Source: Deltaproteobacteria bacterium
GTDB taxonomy: Bacteria > Desulfobacterota > Binatia > Binatales > Binataceae
Reading direction: 5' to 3'
DNA: 64,000 nt
Assembly (NCBI GenBank): GCA_027317185.1
Contig: DAHVFB010000007.1
Coordinates: forward strand, 1,064 to 65,063
The first letter of the stretch is position 1. Every line of letters begins with the position of its first letter. The translations under genes and the position numbers were made by a program. Positions 47,251 to 57,343 of this stretch are shown one piece after another. Below the pieces are notes generated by a model. The model was not told where the DNA came from. It saw only the letters and a list, made by a program, of their open reading frames with translations, and ran no database searches.

Positions 47251-47361
47251 CAACCTCTGCACAAGGCTCTGCTGTCACCCTGAGCGAAGCGAATGGGTCT
47301 CGGATCCGGGATTCTTCGCTGCGCTCAGAATGACAACCTGACTTGTGCAGAGGTTCCCTAG
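47251..47361. repeat. palindromic MITE/REP-like repeat, copy 2 (internal core inverted relative to copy 1)
   Basis: Same terminal arms as copy 1. The core is the reverse complement of copy 1's core. Confidence 0.7.
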
Positions 47362-48875
47362 CGGGCGCGACGCCAGTCGAAGTTGCGCTCGAAGGCGTCG
47401 CCAATCCGCAGCAGCGCAAGCTCGTCGAAATGCCGTCCGGTAAGCATCAGGCCCACCGGCAGACCACCCGCCAGCGCGCACGGCACGCTCAGTGACGGAT
47501 GGCCGGTCATGTCGAATGGGGCGGTATTGCCGAGCATGTTCCATCCATGAGCGACGATTTCGCCGGGGCGCAGGTTGGGCTGGTAGCGATGCGCGCGCAT
47601 CGGCGTGGTCGGCATCGCAATCGCGTCGCATCCGCCGAGCACGGAATCGTAGGCGGCGCGCAGCGTCCCGCGCAGATTTTGCGCCTTGGCATAAAGCCGG
47701 CCGTGGTAGCGGCGATTCAGGTAGCTGCCGACCAGCGCGACCAGCTTGACGGTCGGTGGCAGGTCGTCGCCCTGCGCCTGGCAGAAGCGCCCGAAGGCCG
47801 AGGCGAAGCCGGCGTCGTATTCGCCCTGGTAGTGATAGCCGATGCCGTTGCCATAGATTAGCGCCGCCGCACCCTCCGCCATCAGGGCCCACGCGATACC
47901 GTCGGCCTGGCGATGCATCGGAATCGAGACCTCCTCGACCTGCGCACCCATTTTGCCGAGCGCCGCGATCGCGCCCTGCACGGCGCTGTCAACCTCGGGC
48001 TCCGAGACCGGCCAGCCAAAACCCTCGCGGACCACGCCGATGCACATGCCCTTCAAGTCCTTGCCGAGCGCCGCGGTGTAGCGTTCAACCTTGATCTCGC
48101 CCTGGCGCGGATCGCCGGGATGCTTACCCGCGATCACTTCGAGCAGCAGCGCGACGTCGGCCACCGTCCGGCCCATCGGTCCGGCATGGTCGAAGGTCGG
48201 ATCGATCCCGACGCATCCGGTGTACGGCACCAGGCTGTGGGTGGGTTTGAGACCGACCACGCCGCACCACGACGAGGGGATGCGGATCGAGCCGCCCTGG
48301 TCGCCGCCGACGGTGAGGTCGAAGTCGTCATAGGCGAGCGCCGCAGCCGAACCGCCTGACGATCCGCCGGCTAAGTGGTCGCGATTGAGCGGGTTGCGCG
48401 TCGGTCCGAAGGCGCTCGTATCGCCCGCGCCGGAGAAGGCGAAGTTATCCAAGTTGAGCTTGGCGACGATCTCGCCGCCGGCGTCCAGGATGCGGGTTAC
48501 CAGGGTCGCGTCGTGCTCCGGCACGTAACCTTCCATCACCAGCGAGCCGCAGGTCATCGGGATTCCCGCTACGCTGATATTGTCCTTGATGCCGATACGC
48601 TTGCCGGCCAGCGCTCCGCCGCGCGCGCCCTTGACCGAGCAGCGCCGGATGATCGCGTTGAGCGGATCGTCCTTGGGATGCGGACGCGAACCGGGATCGC
48701 GATCGGTATATTTCAGCGGACGCGACGGCACGGGCATCTGATCGAGTCCGTCGAGCACGGCGAACATCGCCGGTGTCAGCGCCTGAAAATCGGTCAGCTC
48801 ATCAGCACTCAGGTGAAAGTGATTGGCCGCCGCCAACTCATTCAGTTCTGCCGCCGTCGGAATTCGCAGTGCCAT
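47358..48875 (-). CDS. amidase-signature (AS) family amidase
   Basis: GKRIGIKDNI, the GGSSGGSAAALA Gly/Ser-rich AS motif, and the Ser-cisSer-Lys triad context. Confidence 0.9.
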   Translation of the reverse strand: MALRIPTAAELNELAAANHFHLSADELTDFQALTPAMFAVLDGLDQMPVPSRPLKYTDRDPGSRPHPKDDPLNAIIRRCSVKGARGGALAGKRIGIKDNISVAGIPMTCGSLVMEGYVPEHDATLVTRILDAGGEIVAKLNLDNFAFSGAGDTSAFGPTRNPLNRDHLAGGSSGGSAAALAYDDFDLTVGGDQGGSIRIPSSWCGVVGLKPTHSLVPYTGCVGIDPTFDHAGPMGRTVADVALLLEVIAGKHPGDPRQGEIKVERYTAALGKDLKGMCIGVVREGFGWPVSEPEVDSAVQGAIAALGKMGAQVEEVSIPMHRQADGIAWALMAEGAAALIYGNGIGYHYQGEYDAGFASAFGRFCQAQGDDLPPTVKLVALVGSYLNRRYHGRLYAKAQNLRGTLRAAYDSVLGGCDAIAMPTTPMRAHRYQPNLRPGEIVAHGWNMLGNTAPFDMTGHPSLSVPCALAGGLPVGLMLTGRHFDELALLRIGDAFERNFDWRRAR

Positions 48876-49485
48876 GGATGGATCCTCCGTGAGCGTCGCG
48901 CGCAATTAGGGAACGCCGCGCCCGCCGCATTCTAAATCGACCGCCTGGAGGGTCGTCGTGTCAAGTGGTGACCGCGCGCGCATCGGTCGCATCGCCGCGC
49001 AGGCCGGGGTTAGGATCGTCTCGCACCGGAGCGCCGATCGTCTCTGAATGACACGCTGAGTAAGGCCGCGCCAAAGACGAAATCGCGACTGAAATGCCAG
49101 CTATTGAATAATTAAAGTCGATTGAATGTATTAGAGAAAAACATATCCTACATTGTCTGCAACAGCGTGTTGCTCCGCTGCATCAATGTTGCAGCAACTC
49201 CAATAACCATTGTAAATCACCAGCGCGAAATCCCGCACAGGAAGGATCGATACAGGGCCGTTGAGGTCTCTCAAGACAGGCAATTCATGTGGCGTATCAA
49301 CATGTTACGTGATGTCCACGTGAGTTATTGCGATGCGCTAAGCCGGGCCGCGACTGGGTGGCCCGGAGGCGCTAGTAGGTGCGGGCAGCGGGGATGGTGC
49401 GGCCGACTGTAACTTCCGGCATCGAGCTTGCTTGCAGGTTTCTCGGAAGCCACAGAAATGCGGCGCCGCAAGACCAAGGTGCAGC

Positions 49486-52197
49486 ATGGCATCTGAGCCA
49501 ATGATTCGGAATATCGAAGCGGAAGAGAGCGAACGACGCCACAGTGGCTTCTTCGCCTCTGGAATCACCCGCTACAGCGACGCGATCGAGGACGCGAACG
49601 AGGATCAGATACTGCGCTTCAGCCGCTTCGGGATGGCGGCGATTCTGGTGTTCGAACTGACTCATCTGTGTCTCGGCCTCTATTTTGCCCCCAATCTCAC
49701 GCATCTCGTGGCGCCTATTTTAGGTGCCGACCTCGGCGTGACCGCCTTGATGCTCGGGCTGACATGGAGCGAAGTCTATCGGCACCGCTGGCGCACGATG
49801 GCGTTCGGTCTATGTACGGGGTTGGTGCTCAGCGCGACCGCAATCAGCATTATCTCGCACGACGGAATCGCGATTTTCATTTCGCTTTTGCTGCTGATGT
49901 TCGGCTCTTCGGCGGTGGTGCCGTGGGGACCGCGCTGCCAAATGGTGTTCTCGGGACTGTGTCTCAGCGCGATGGGCGCCAACGCGGCGGTAGTGCACTT
50001 CGCCGATGGCTACGCGCCTTTCCGCTGGCTGGCAATATTGACCGCGGTGGGTTTCTCGCAGTTTACCGCGGTGATGGGCGAGAACTATCGCCGCAGGCTG
50101 GCGGCGCGCCTCAGCGCGATGCGCGAGAGCGAGCAGCAGATCTGGCAGATCTTCGAAGCCAACCCCGACCCGGTCTCGATCGCGCGCTTTCCCGACGGAC
50201 AATTCCTCAACGTCAACAGCCAGTTTCTTAAAATCGGCTTTACCCGTGACGAAGTCCTGCACTCGACCGATCGCGCGCTGGGCATGTGGGCGAACCCCGG
50301 CGAGTGCGAGGAATACTACCGCCAGATCAAGCAATACGGCTACGTGCGCAATCTCGAAGCGACTTTCGTCAATCGCAAGGGACAGGCCCGTTCGTGCCTG
50401 GTCTCGGGCGCGCTGATGCAGTTCAGCCACGGCCCCTGCGTGCTCGCGGTGACGCGCGACATCAACCGTATCAAGGAAGCCGAACGGGTGCTGGTGACGG
50501 CACGCGAGACGGCCGAACAGGCCTCACGGGCGAAGTCGGATTTCCTCTCGAGCATGTCGCATGAGATTCGCACGCCAATGAACGCGATCCTGGGGATGGC
50601 CGAATTGCTCAACGATTCCGAGCTCAGCAACGAGCAGCACAAGTACCTGAGCATCATGATGAACAACGGCAACGCGCTGCTCGACCTGATCAACGATATC
50701 CTCGACTTCGCCAAGGTCGAGAGCGGCAGGCTGAACCTCGAGACGGCCAATTTCGACGTCGCCGATCTGGCCGAGCGGGTGGCCGAAACGCTTTCGATCC
50801 GCGCCCACCAGCAGGGCCTCGAACTGGCCGTGCGGGTGGCGCCCGAAGTCCCGACCGCGATCATCGGGGATCCGCTGCGGCTGCGGCAGGTGCTGATCAA
50901 CCTGATCGGCAACGCGCTTAAATTCACTGAGCATGGCGAGATCGTGCTGACGATCGATCGCGCGGCCGGCGATGCGGCGCCCGGCGCGCTCGAGTTCAGC
51001 GTCTCCGACACCGGCATCGGGATCTCGCCCGAGGAGCGGGAAAAAATCTTTGCGAGTTACGCGCAGGCCGACAGCTCGACCGCGCGCAAATATGGCGGCA
51101 CAGGGCTCGGACTCGCGATCGTCAAGCAGTTGGTCGAGTTGATGGGCGGACGGATCTGGGTCGACAGCGAAGTCGGCCGGGGCAGCACCTTCCATTTCAC
51201 CGCGACGTTTGGGGTGCAGGCGGGTGCGAGCGAACGCAGTATCGACCGGGTAGCTGATCTGGCCGGGGCGCGCGTGCTGGTGGTCGATGACACCGCCGTC
51301 AATCGGCAGGCGCTCGGCGAAATTCTCACCCAACAGGGCGCGGAAGTAACCGCGACCGACCATGGCGAAGACGCCCTCGAGCGCCTGCGCCAGATGAACA
51401 GCAGGGGCACGCCCTTCGATCTCGTACTGCTCGATTGCCGGATGGCGGCAACCGACGGCGTCGAGCTGGCGCGGCGGGTCAGCGAACAGGCGCACGGCGC
51501 CGGGATGGTCATACCGATGCTCACTTCGGACGATCTCAACATAAAACTCCCGCTGCTGCGCAAGATGGGATTCATGCATCACGTGATCAAGCCGGTGCGG
51601 CGCGCGGAACTCCTCGCGCTGATCCGCACGATGATCGGGCAGCGCGCCGCAACTGCCCAGCCCGCGATGGCAGCAGCGATCGCGACGACCGTGGCGTCCG
51701 CTCCGGAGACGACGCCGGAGGCGGACGCCGGCACGCCCGCGCCGCTGACGCTGGATCGGCCGCTCAAAATTCTGATCGCCGACGACTCGCCGGACAATCG
51801 TCTGCTGATCGAAGCCTTCCTCAAGAAGAGTGCCTGTCAGCTCGACCATGCGGAGAACGGCGAGATCGCGGTCGAGAAATTCGTCGCCGGCCGCTACGAC
51901 GTGGTCCTGATGGATATCCAGATGCCGGTGATGGACGGCTATACCGCCGCGCGGCTGATTCGCGAATGGGAAAAGAAGAATAATTGCGGCCACACGCCAA
52001 TCATCGCACTGACCGCATCGGTGCTCGACGAGGCGGTGCATAAGAGTTTCGACGCCGGCTGCGACACGCACGTGAGCAAGCCGGTGCGGCGGCCGACGCT
52101 GATCGCGGCGATTCACAGCCTGACCAGCCACGAGGCAAAGCGCACCAAGCTCGACGGTGCGCAGCGCTTCGACGAGAGCTACGCCGACCCGCGATAG
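49486..52197 (+). CDS. hybrid sensor histidine kinase: N-terminal multi-TM sensor, PAS, HisKA, HATPase_c, two REC domains
   Basis: [14 protein letters not shown]-box. N/G-box motifs. Two D-containing receiver domains ([28 protein letters not shown]). Confidence 0.9.
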   Translation: MASEPMIRNIEAEESERRHSGFFASGITRYSDAIEDANEDQILRFSRFGMAAILVFELTHLCLGLYFAPNLTHLVAPILGADLGVTALMLGLTWSEVYRHRWRTMAFGLCTGLVLSATAISIISHDGIAIFISLLLLMFGSSAVVPWGPRCQMVFSGLCLSAMGANAAVVHFADGYAPFRWLAILTAVGFSQFTAVMGENYRRRLAARLSAMRESEQQIWQIFEANPDPVSIARFPDGQFLNVNSQFLKIGFTRDEVLHSTDRALGMWANPGECEEYYRQIKQYGYVRNLEATFVNRKGQARSCLVSGALMQFSHGPCVLAVTRDINRIKEAERVLVTARETAEQASRAKSDFLSSMSHEIRTPMNAILGMAELLNDSELSNEQHKYLSIMMNNGNALLDLINDILDFAKVESGRLNLETANFDVADLAERVAETLSIRAHQQGLELAVRVAPEVPTAIIGDPLRLRQVLINLIGNALKFTEHGEIVLTIDRAAGDAAPGALEFSVSDTGIGISPEEREKIFASYAQADSSTARKYGGTGLGLAIVKQLVELMGGRIWVDSEVGRGSTFHFTATFGVQAGASERSIDRVADLAGARVLVVDDTAVNRQALGEILTQQGAEVTATDHGEDALERLRQMNSRGTPFDLVLLDCRMAATDGVELARRVSEQAHGAGMVIPMLTSDDLNIKLPLLRKMGFMHHVIKPVRRAELLALIRTMIGQRAATAQPAMAAAIATTVASAPETTPEADAGTPAPLTLDRPLKILIADDSPDNRLLIEAFLKKSACQLDHAENGEIAVEKFVAGRYDVVLMDIQMPVMDGYTAARLIREWEKKNNCGHTPIIALTASVLDEAVHKSFDAGCDTHVSKPVRRPTLIAAIHSLTSHEAKRTKLDGAQRFDESYADPR

Positions 52198-52565
52198 CTC
52201 TGCCTTGGCCCCCGTCGGCGGCCAGGCCGCGCGCGGGCGCCTCGCGAGGCCACACGATTTCTTCAGCGGGCACTTAAGCGCGCGACGAATGTCGAAGGTT
52301 CGCGGCGGCAAAGTGAATCGGTCCGGGTCACATGTCCGGATATCGTTTGCCTCAATGGCTATAACCGCACGAAACGGTCTCGCGATGCGTCATTGTGCGA
52401 CGCGGATCGTGTTCGCAGTCGGCCATATTCTTGCCGCACGCCAAATTCTTCAATTCCCTGCTTAGTATTTCGGGCGACCTCAGCGATGGCGCGAGCCTTG
52501 CGTCAGTGATCGCGGGAGTGAGTCGGATCAATTTTGTCGTTTGATCTGACTAGGACACGCATTAC

Positions 52566-55244
52566 ATGGATATTGATCATTCTCTCGAGGCAGAACTCCG
52601 CGGCACTAGCGATAGCGAATATACCGATCACGTTCTGGTGAAGGGCGAGAACGGCATCCAGCGCTCGGCCTTTCGCATGCAACCGCCGACCGCTGCTCGC
52701 GCGCCGGAGGCCGCCGGCAAGTTAGCCGCGGCATCCGCGCAACTCACGCCACCGCGCGATGACGTCAGTCACCTAGCGGCGGATCGCACCGAGGATCGAG
52801 CGCTATCGCGCCCCCTCCGCCGGGACGGCGTCGATCGGCTGAGCGCGCGGGCGCTGCAGGGCGAGCGCATCGTCGTGCTGGTGAATGAGGCGGCGGCACT
52901 GGCGGCGCGGGGACTCGGCGCCGACCTTGCCGCGGTGACCGAAGTGGTCGAAGAGACGAATCAACTACGCTGTATCGCGAACTGGGGCTTGAACAGCGAA
53001 TGGGACGTGGGCTTAACGGTCGAAGCTGACGGCAAGTCGCAGACCGAATTCGCGCTGTCCGTCGATCAACCGGTGGTCTGCAATGACCTGTCGGCGGAGA
53101 CCCGTTTCACGCCGCATCCGCGGTTGCTGGCGTACGGAATATGCAGCGGTATCGCGGCGCCGCTCAGGCTGCGCGGCCGGCCGCTCGGGGTAATCAGCGC
53201 CTACAGCCTCAAGCCGCACAGCTACTCGCGCGCCGATGCGAGCTTCATGCAGGCGATCGCCGATATTATTGCCGGGGCGATGGAGCGTGAACGGTCCGGC
53301 CGCGCGCTCGCGCGCAAAGATGACTACCTGCGCGCGGTGCTGGAAAACTCGACCGACGCAATCGTGATGCTCGATTACGCCGGGACCGTGCGCTTCATCA
53401 ACGGTGCCAGCATGACGCTGGTCGGCTTGACGCCTGACCAGATGGCCGGACGGCCGGGCGCCGACTTCGTCCATCCGGACGATCTCGCGAACCGCGACCG
53501 CATGATGAACGAAGCCATCGCGCATCCCGGAAAGGTCGTCAGCGGCAAGCTGCGGCTGCGGAGCAACTCTGGCGAAGGGCTTGAATGCGAAATCGTGATG
53601 CGCGCGCTGCCCGACTGCGGAAATGACCCGGGAATCCTGGTGAACGTGCGCGATATCTCGGAGCGCATGCGCGCGGCCCGCATGCAGGCACTGCTCGCCT
53701 CGATCGTCGCCAGCACCGACGATTCGATCGTGAGTATGGAGCCGGACTGCACGCTGACGAGCTGGAACGCGGGGGCGGAACGCATGTACGGCTACCGTGC
53801 CGATGAAGTGATCGGCCGGCGGCCCGACTTCATGTGGATGCCGGAGGATGCCAGTTTGATCGAGGCCTGCGTACAGAAATTAGCCGCGGGCAGCGGCACC
53901 GAACGATATGAGATCCAGCGCCACCGGCGCGACGGCAGGGTAATCAATGTAGCCGTGACGCTCTCACCGATTCGCGATGAGCGGGGTGTACTGACCGGCG
54001 TCGCGGGCATCGGCCGCGACGTGACCGAGAGCAAGCGGGCGGCGGCGGAACTCGAGCGGGCGCGCGACGCGGCGCTCGAAGCGTCGCGGCTCAAGTCGGC
54101 CTTTCTGGCCAACATGAGCCATGAGGTGCGCACGCCGATCAACGTGATCCTGGGCTACAACGATCTCATCGCGGACCATCTGGCGAGCCTCGGCGACGAC
54201 AGCCAGGCCGAACATGTCGACGCCGTCGGCCGCGCCTCCCGGCGTCTGATGCGCACCATCAACACCATCCTTGACTATTCCAAAATGGAATCGGGGACCT
54301 TTGAATTCAGACCGCGGACGGTGCGGCTGGGACCGCTGATCAATCGGCAGGTCGAGGAGGTGCGGGCGCGGGCGCGGGAAAAGAATCTCAGTCTGACGGT
54401 TGAAATCGAAGCCGAGGATGCGGCGACGCACGGCGACGAGTACAGCGTCGGCCAGGCGATTGCGCATCTGCTCGACAACGCGATCAAGTTCACCACGGGC
54501 GGCGGCGTGCGCGTGCGGCTGTATCGCGGCGACCGCGGTCTGCCGTGTATCGCGGTGAGCGACACCGGCATCGGGATCGACGAGCGCTTTCAGGCCCATC
54601 TGTTCGAGCCCTTCAGGCAGGAAGAGGCTGGCATGACCCGCAGCTTCGAGGGCGCGGGACTGGGCCTGGCGCTGACCCGCAGCTACCTGGAACTCAACCA
54701 GGCGCGGATCAGCTTCGAGAGCCATAAGGGTAGCGGGACCACCTTCACGATCGGCTTCGCGTCGAGCGCCAGCGCGGCGGGTCCAGCGCCGCTTGCGCCG
54801 GCGGCCGATGCGGCCCGCATCGCGACCCGGGCCGGCGCGGAGCGTCCGGTGATCATGGTGGTCGAGGACGATCCCGACAACCTGCTCTACATGGACCTGC
54901 TGCTCAAGAATCAGTTCGACGTGCTGCTCGCCTCAAATGGAAGCGAGGTGCATCGGATCGTCGCGACGCGGCGCGAACCGATCGACCTGGTCCTGATGGA
55001 TCTGTCGCTGCGCGGCGCGGACGATGGCCTGAGACTCACCCGGATGCTGCGCGGCACGCGGCGCTTCAACCGCACGCCGGTGGTCGCGGTCACCGGCCAT
55101 GCCTCGCCGGAGGATCGCGAACTCGCGCGGGCCGCCGGATGCGACGGGTTCGTGACCAAACCGATCGAGCGCGCGCTGCTCTTCGAGACCATCGAACGGC
55201 TGTTGAGCCGATCGCGGCGGGCCGGCGCTTTTGCCGTGCGATGA
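52566..55244 (+). CDS. hybrid sensor histidine kinase: GAF, multiple PAS, HisKA, HATPase_c, REC
   Basis: SHEVRTPINVILG H-box. PAS repeats. C-terminal receiver (DLVLMDLSLRGADDG). Confidence 0.9.
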   Translation: MDIDHSLEAELRGTSDSEYTDHVLVKGENGIQRSAFRMQPPTAARAPEAAGKLAAASAQLTPPRDDVSHLAADRTEDRALSRPLRRDGVDRLSARALQGERIVVLVNEAAALAARGLGADLAAVTEVVEETNQLRCIANWGLNSEWDVGLTVEADGKSQTEFALSVDQPVVCNDLSAETRFTPHPRLLAYGICSGIAAPLRLRGRPLGVISAYSLKPHSYSRADASFMQAIADIIAGAMERERSGRALARKDDYLRAVLENSTDAIVMLDYAGTVRFINGASMTLVGLTPDQMAGRPGADFVHPDDLANRDRMMNEAIAHPGKVVSGKLRLRSNSGEGLECEIVMRALPDCGNDPGILVNVRDISERMRAARMQALLASIVASTDDSIVSMEPDCTLTSWNAGAERMYGYRADEVIGRRPDFMWMPEDASLIEACVQKLAAGSGTERYEIQRHRRDGRVINVAVTLSPIRDERGVLTGVAGIGRDVTESKRAAAELERARDAALEASRLKSAFLANMSHEVRTPINVILGYNDLIADHLASLGDDSQAEHVDAVGRASRRLMRTINTILDYSKMESGTFEFRPRTVRLGPLINRQVEEVRARAREKNLSLTVEIEAEDAATHGDEYSVGQAIAHLLDNAIKFTTGGGVRVRLYRGDRGLPCIAVSDTGIGIDERFQAHLFEPFRQEEAGMTRSFEGAGLGLALTRSYLELNQARISFESHKGSGTTFTIGFASSASAAGPAPLAPAADAARIATRAGAERPVIMVVEDDPDNLLYMDLLLKNQFDVLLASNGSEVHRIVATRREPIDLVLMDLSLRGADDGLRLTRMLRGTRRFNRTPVVAVTGHASPEDRELARAAGCDGFVTKPIERALLFETIERLLSRSRRAGAFAVR

Positions 55245-55274
55245 TTTCGGCTATCACACAAGGCGGAGACCGCC

Positions 55275-55907
55275 ATGGACGCCGCTGCCGAATCCGTCAA
55301 ATTCTACTACGACTTCAAGAGTCCTTTCAGCTACCTGGCGCTGGCGCCGACGCTCGCTCTCGAGCGGTCGCATCGGATCGCCCTGCGCTTCCTCCCGCGC
55401 GACTTTGAACCGCGCGCGGCCTATGGCGGCGAGGTCGCGGATCGCCAGCCGATCCATTGGTTCAAGGTGCGCTATCTCTACGCCGACGCGCGGCGCTTCG
55501 CTAACGATCGCGGCCTGATAATCCGCGGACCGCAAAAGCTCTTTGATTCGCGCCTGGCCCTGGTAAGCGGCCTCTACGCGGCGCGCGAGGGCCGCTTTGC
55601 ACCGTATGCAACGCGGGTCTTCGAGCACTTTTTCAAACGCGAACTCGATCTCGAGGACCCGGCGGCGCTATCGCGCGTGCTGCTCGAGAGCGGACTCGAC
55701 GCCGACGCCTTCGCCCGCTACGCCGAGTCCGCGGGTCCCGCCGACCTCGCGCACGCCTGCGACGAAGCGGCGGCCGACGGGGTCTTTGGCGTGCCAACGC
55801 TGATCGTCGCGGGCGAACCCTTCTGGGGCAATGATCGGGTGGCGTGGGTAATCAAGAAACTCGACGCGATGGGTCTCGGGCGCGACGGCGCGCCGGCCGC
55901 GCGTTGA
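55275..55907 (+). CDS. 2-hydroxychromene-2-carboxylate isomerase / DsbA-like thioredoxin-fold protein
   Basis: FYYDFKSPFSYLA N-terminus is characteristic of the HCCA-isomerase family. Confidence 0.7.
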   Translation: MDAAAESVKFYYDFKSPFSYLALAPTLALERSHRIALRFLPRDFEPRAAYGGEVADRQPIHWFKVRYLYADARRFANDRGLIIRGPQKLFDSRLALVSGLYAAREGRFAPYATRVFEHFFKRELDLEDPAALSRVLLESGLDADAFARYAESAGPADLAHACDEAAADGVFGVPTLIVAGEPFWGNDRVAWVIKKLDAMGLGRDGAPAAR

Positions 55908-55928
55908 TCAACCGAGGGGAGAATCGCG

Positions 55929-56336
55929 ATGCGTCAGGTGCCGGTGGGAACGAAGGGAACACATGAGTTCGTGGTCGCGCACGCCGACCTGGCGGGGACC
56001 CGCGAGCCCTCGCTGCCGCCGGTGCTGGCGACGGCGTTCATGAGTCTGGCGATGGAAATCGCGGCGATGGATGCGATCAAGGATTATCTCGAGCCGGGCG
56101 ACATGACGGTCGGCGCGATGGTCAACGTGAGCCATCTGGCGGCGACGCCCGAAGGCTGGAAGGTCCGCGCCGAGGCCGAAGTCACTGGCGGCGATACGCG
56201 GCGCGTTGAGTTCATCGTGCGCGCCTTCGACGAGCGCGAAGAGATCGGCACCGGCACGCATACGCGGGCGGTGGTCAAGCGCGCGAAATTCGACGAGCGG
56301 TTTGCCGCCAAGGTCACATCGAAGGCCAAGTCCTAG
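55929..56336 (+). CDS. hotdog-fold thioesterase of the FlK (fluoroacetyl-CoA thioesterase) family
   Basis: Collinear with FlK: GTHEFVV, VLATAFMSLAMEIA (Thr/Glu), YLEPGDMTVGAMVNVSHLAATPEG (His), EIGTGTHTRAVV. The FlK lid Phe position reads Leu. Confidence 0.65.
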   Translation: MRQVPVGTKGTHEFVVAHADLAGTREPSLPPVLATAFMSLAMEIAAMDAIKDYLEPGDMTVGAMVNVSHLAATPEGWKVRAEAEVTGGDTRRVEFIVRAFDEREEIGTGTHTRAVVKRAKFDERFAAKVTSKAKS

Positions 56337-56377
56337 GCGTAGACGGGCGAGGCGCTAATGCGGCGGGTGCGCCGCGC

Positions 56378-57283
56378 ATGCGGAGCGAGACCATGACTAC
56401 TGAAATATATTCGGACAGGGAAGTATACGTCGGGCGCGACTACGGCGGATTTGCCGCAGAGATCACCCCCGACGCGATCGAGAACTATATCGCGGCGACC
56501 GGCGACGACCATCCGTGGTACCGCACGCCCGCGCCGCTCGGATTTCCGATCGCGCCGGCCCTCGTGCTCCATTCGGCGGTCTTCCGCACTCAGGCATGGT
56601 ACCTGCCCAACGTCTTCGGCAATCTGCACGCGCGCCAGGAATGGGAAGGCTTCGCGCCGATTGCGGCCGGCGAGACGCTGCACACGCGATCGGTGATCAT
56701 CGATCGCTACGTCAAGCGCGATCGCGAGTACGTGGTCAACGAGGTGCTGATCGCCGGCGCCGACGGGCGTATCGTGCAGCGCAGCCGCACCCATCAGAGC
56801 TTCCTGATCGCGGCCCACGGCGCGCCCGCCGGCGGCGGCTTCGCGGTCGATCGCGATCGCGAGAAATCCGCCGCGCGGCGCTTCGCCGTGGGCGAGCGCG
56901 GCGGCGAGCCGATCGACGGTCCAATGCGCACGATCTCCCAGGCGATGTGCATGGCGTTCTCGGGGCCCGCGCGCAACTACCATACCGACGCCGAGGCCGC
57001 GCGCCAGTTCGGCTTCCCGGACATCGTGGTGCAGGGCATGTGGTCGGTATGCCTGGTCGGCGAGATGATGACGCGGCGCTTCGGCCTGGGCTTTATCGCG
57101 GGCGGCAAGTTCGATCTGCGGCTGGTCAACGTGCTGTGGGCCGAGGAATCGTCGGGCGCGCGCGGCAGGATTATCGCGCGGCGGCCGGAGGGCAATCGCA
57201 CGCGGGCGGAGGTCGAAGTATGGTGCGAAAAAGCCGCCGGCACCAAGACCATCGTCGGGACGGCGAGTGCAATCGAATTGTAG
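56378..57283 (+). CDS. MaoC-like double-hotdog dehydratase/hydratase
   Basis: N-terminal hotdog plus C-terminal MaoC-like domain (FGFPDIVVQGMW). Confidence 0.7.
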   Translation: MRSETMTTEIYSDREVYVGRDYGGFAAEITPDAIENYIAATGDDHPWYRTPAPLGFPIAPALVLHSAVFRTQAWYLPNVFGNLHARQEWEGFAPIAAGETLHTRSVIIDRYVKRDREYVVNEVLIAGADGRIVQRSRTHQSFLIAAHGAPAGGGFAVDRDREKSAARRFAVGERGGEPIDGPMRTISQAMCMAFSGPARNYHTDAEAARQFGFPDIVVQGMWSVCLVGEMMTRRFGLGFIAGGKFDLRLVNVLWAEESSGARGRIIARRPEGNRTRAEVEVWCEKAAGTKTIVGTASAIEL

Positions 57284-57343
57284 GTTTTTGATACTAAATG
57301 AGTCGCAGCGATCGGCGGCGCGCCGGCTATCCCGCGCGGCCGG

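Noticed and set aside
49140-49200. Sigma-54 promoter (TGCAAC-N6-TTGCT) upstream of the hybrid kinase
   Set aside because: The -24 element lacks the invariant GG (TGCAAC instead of TGGCAC).
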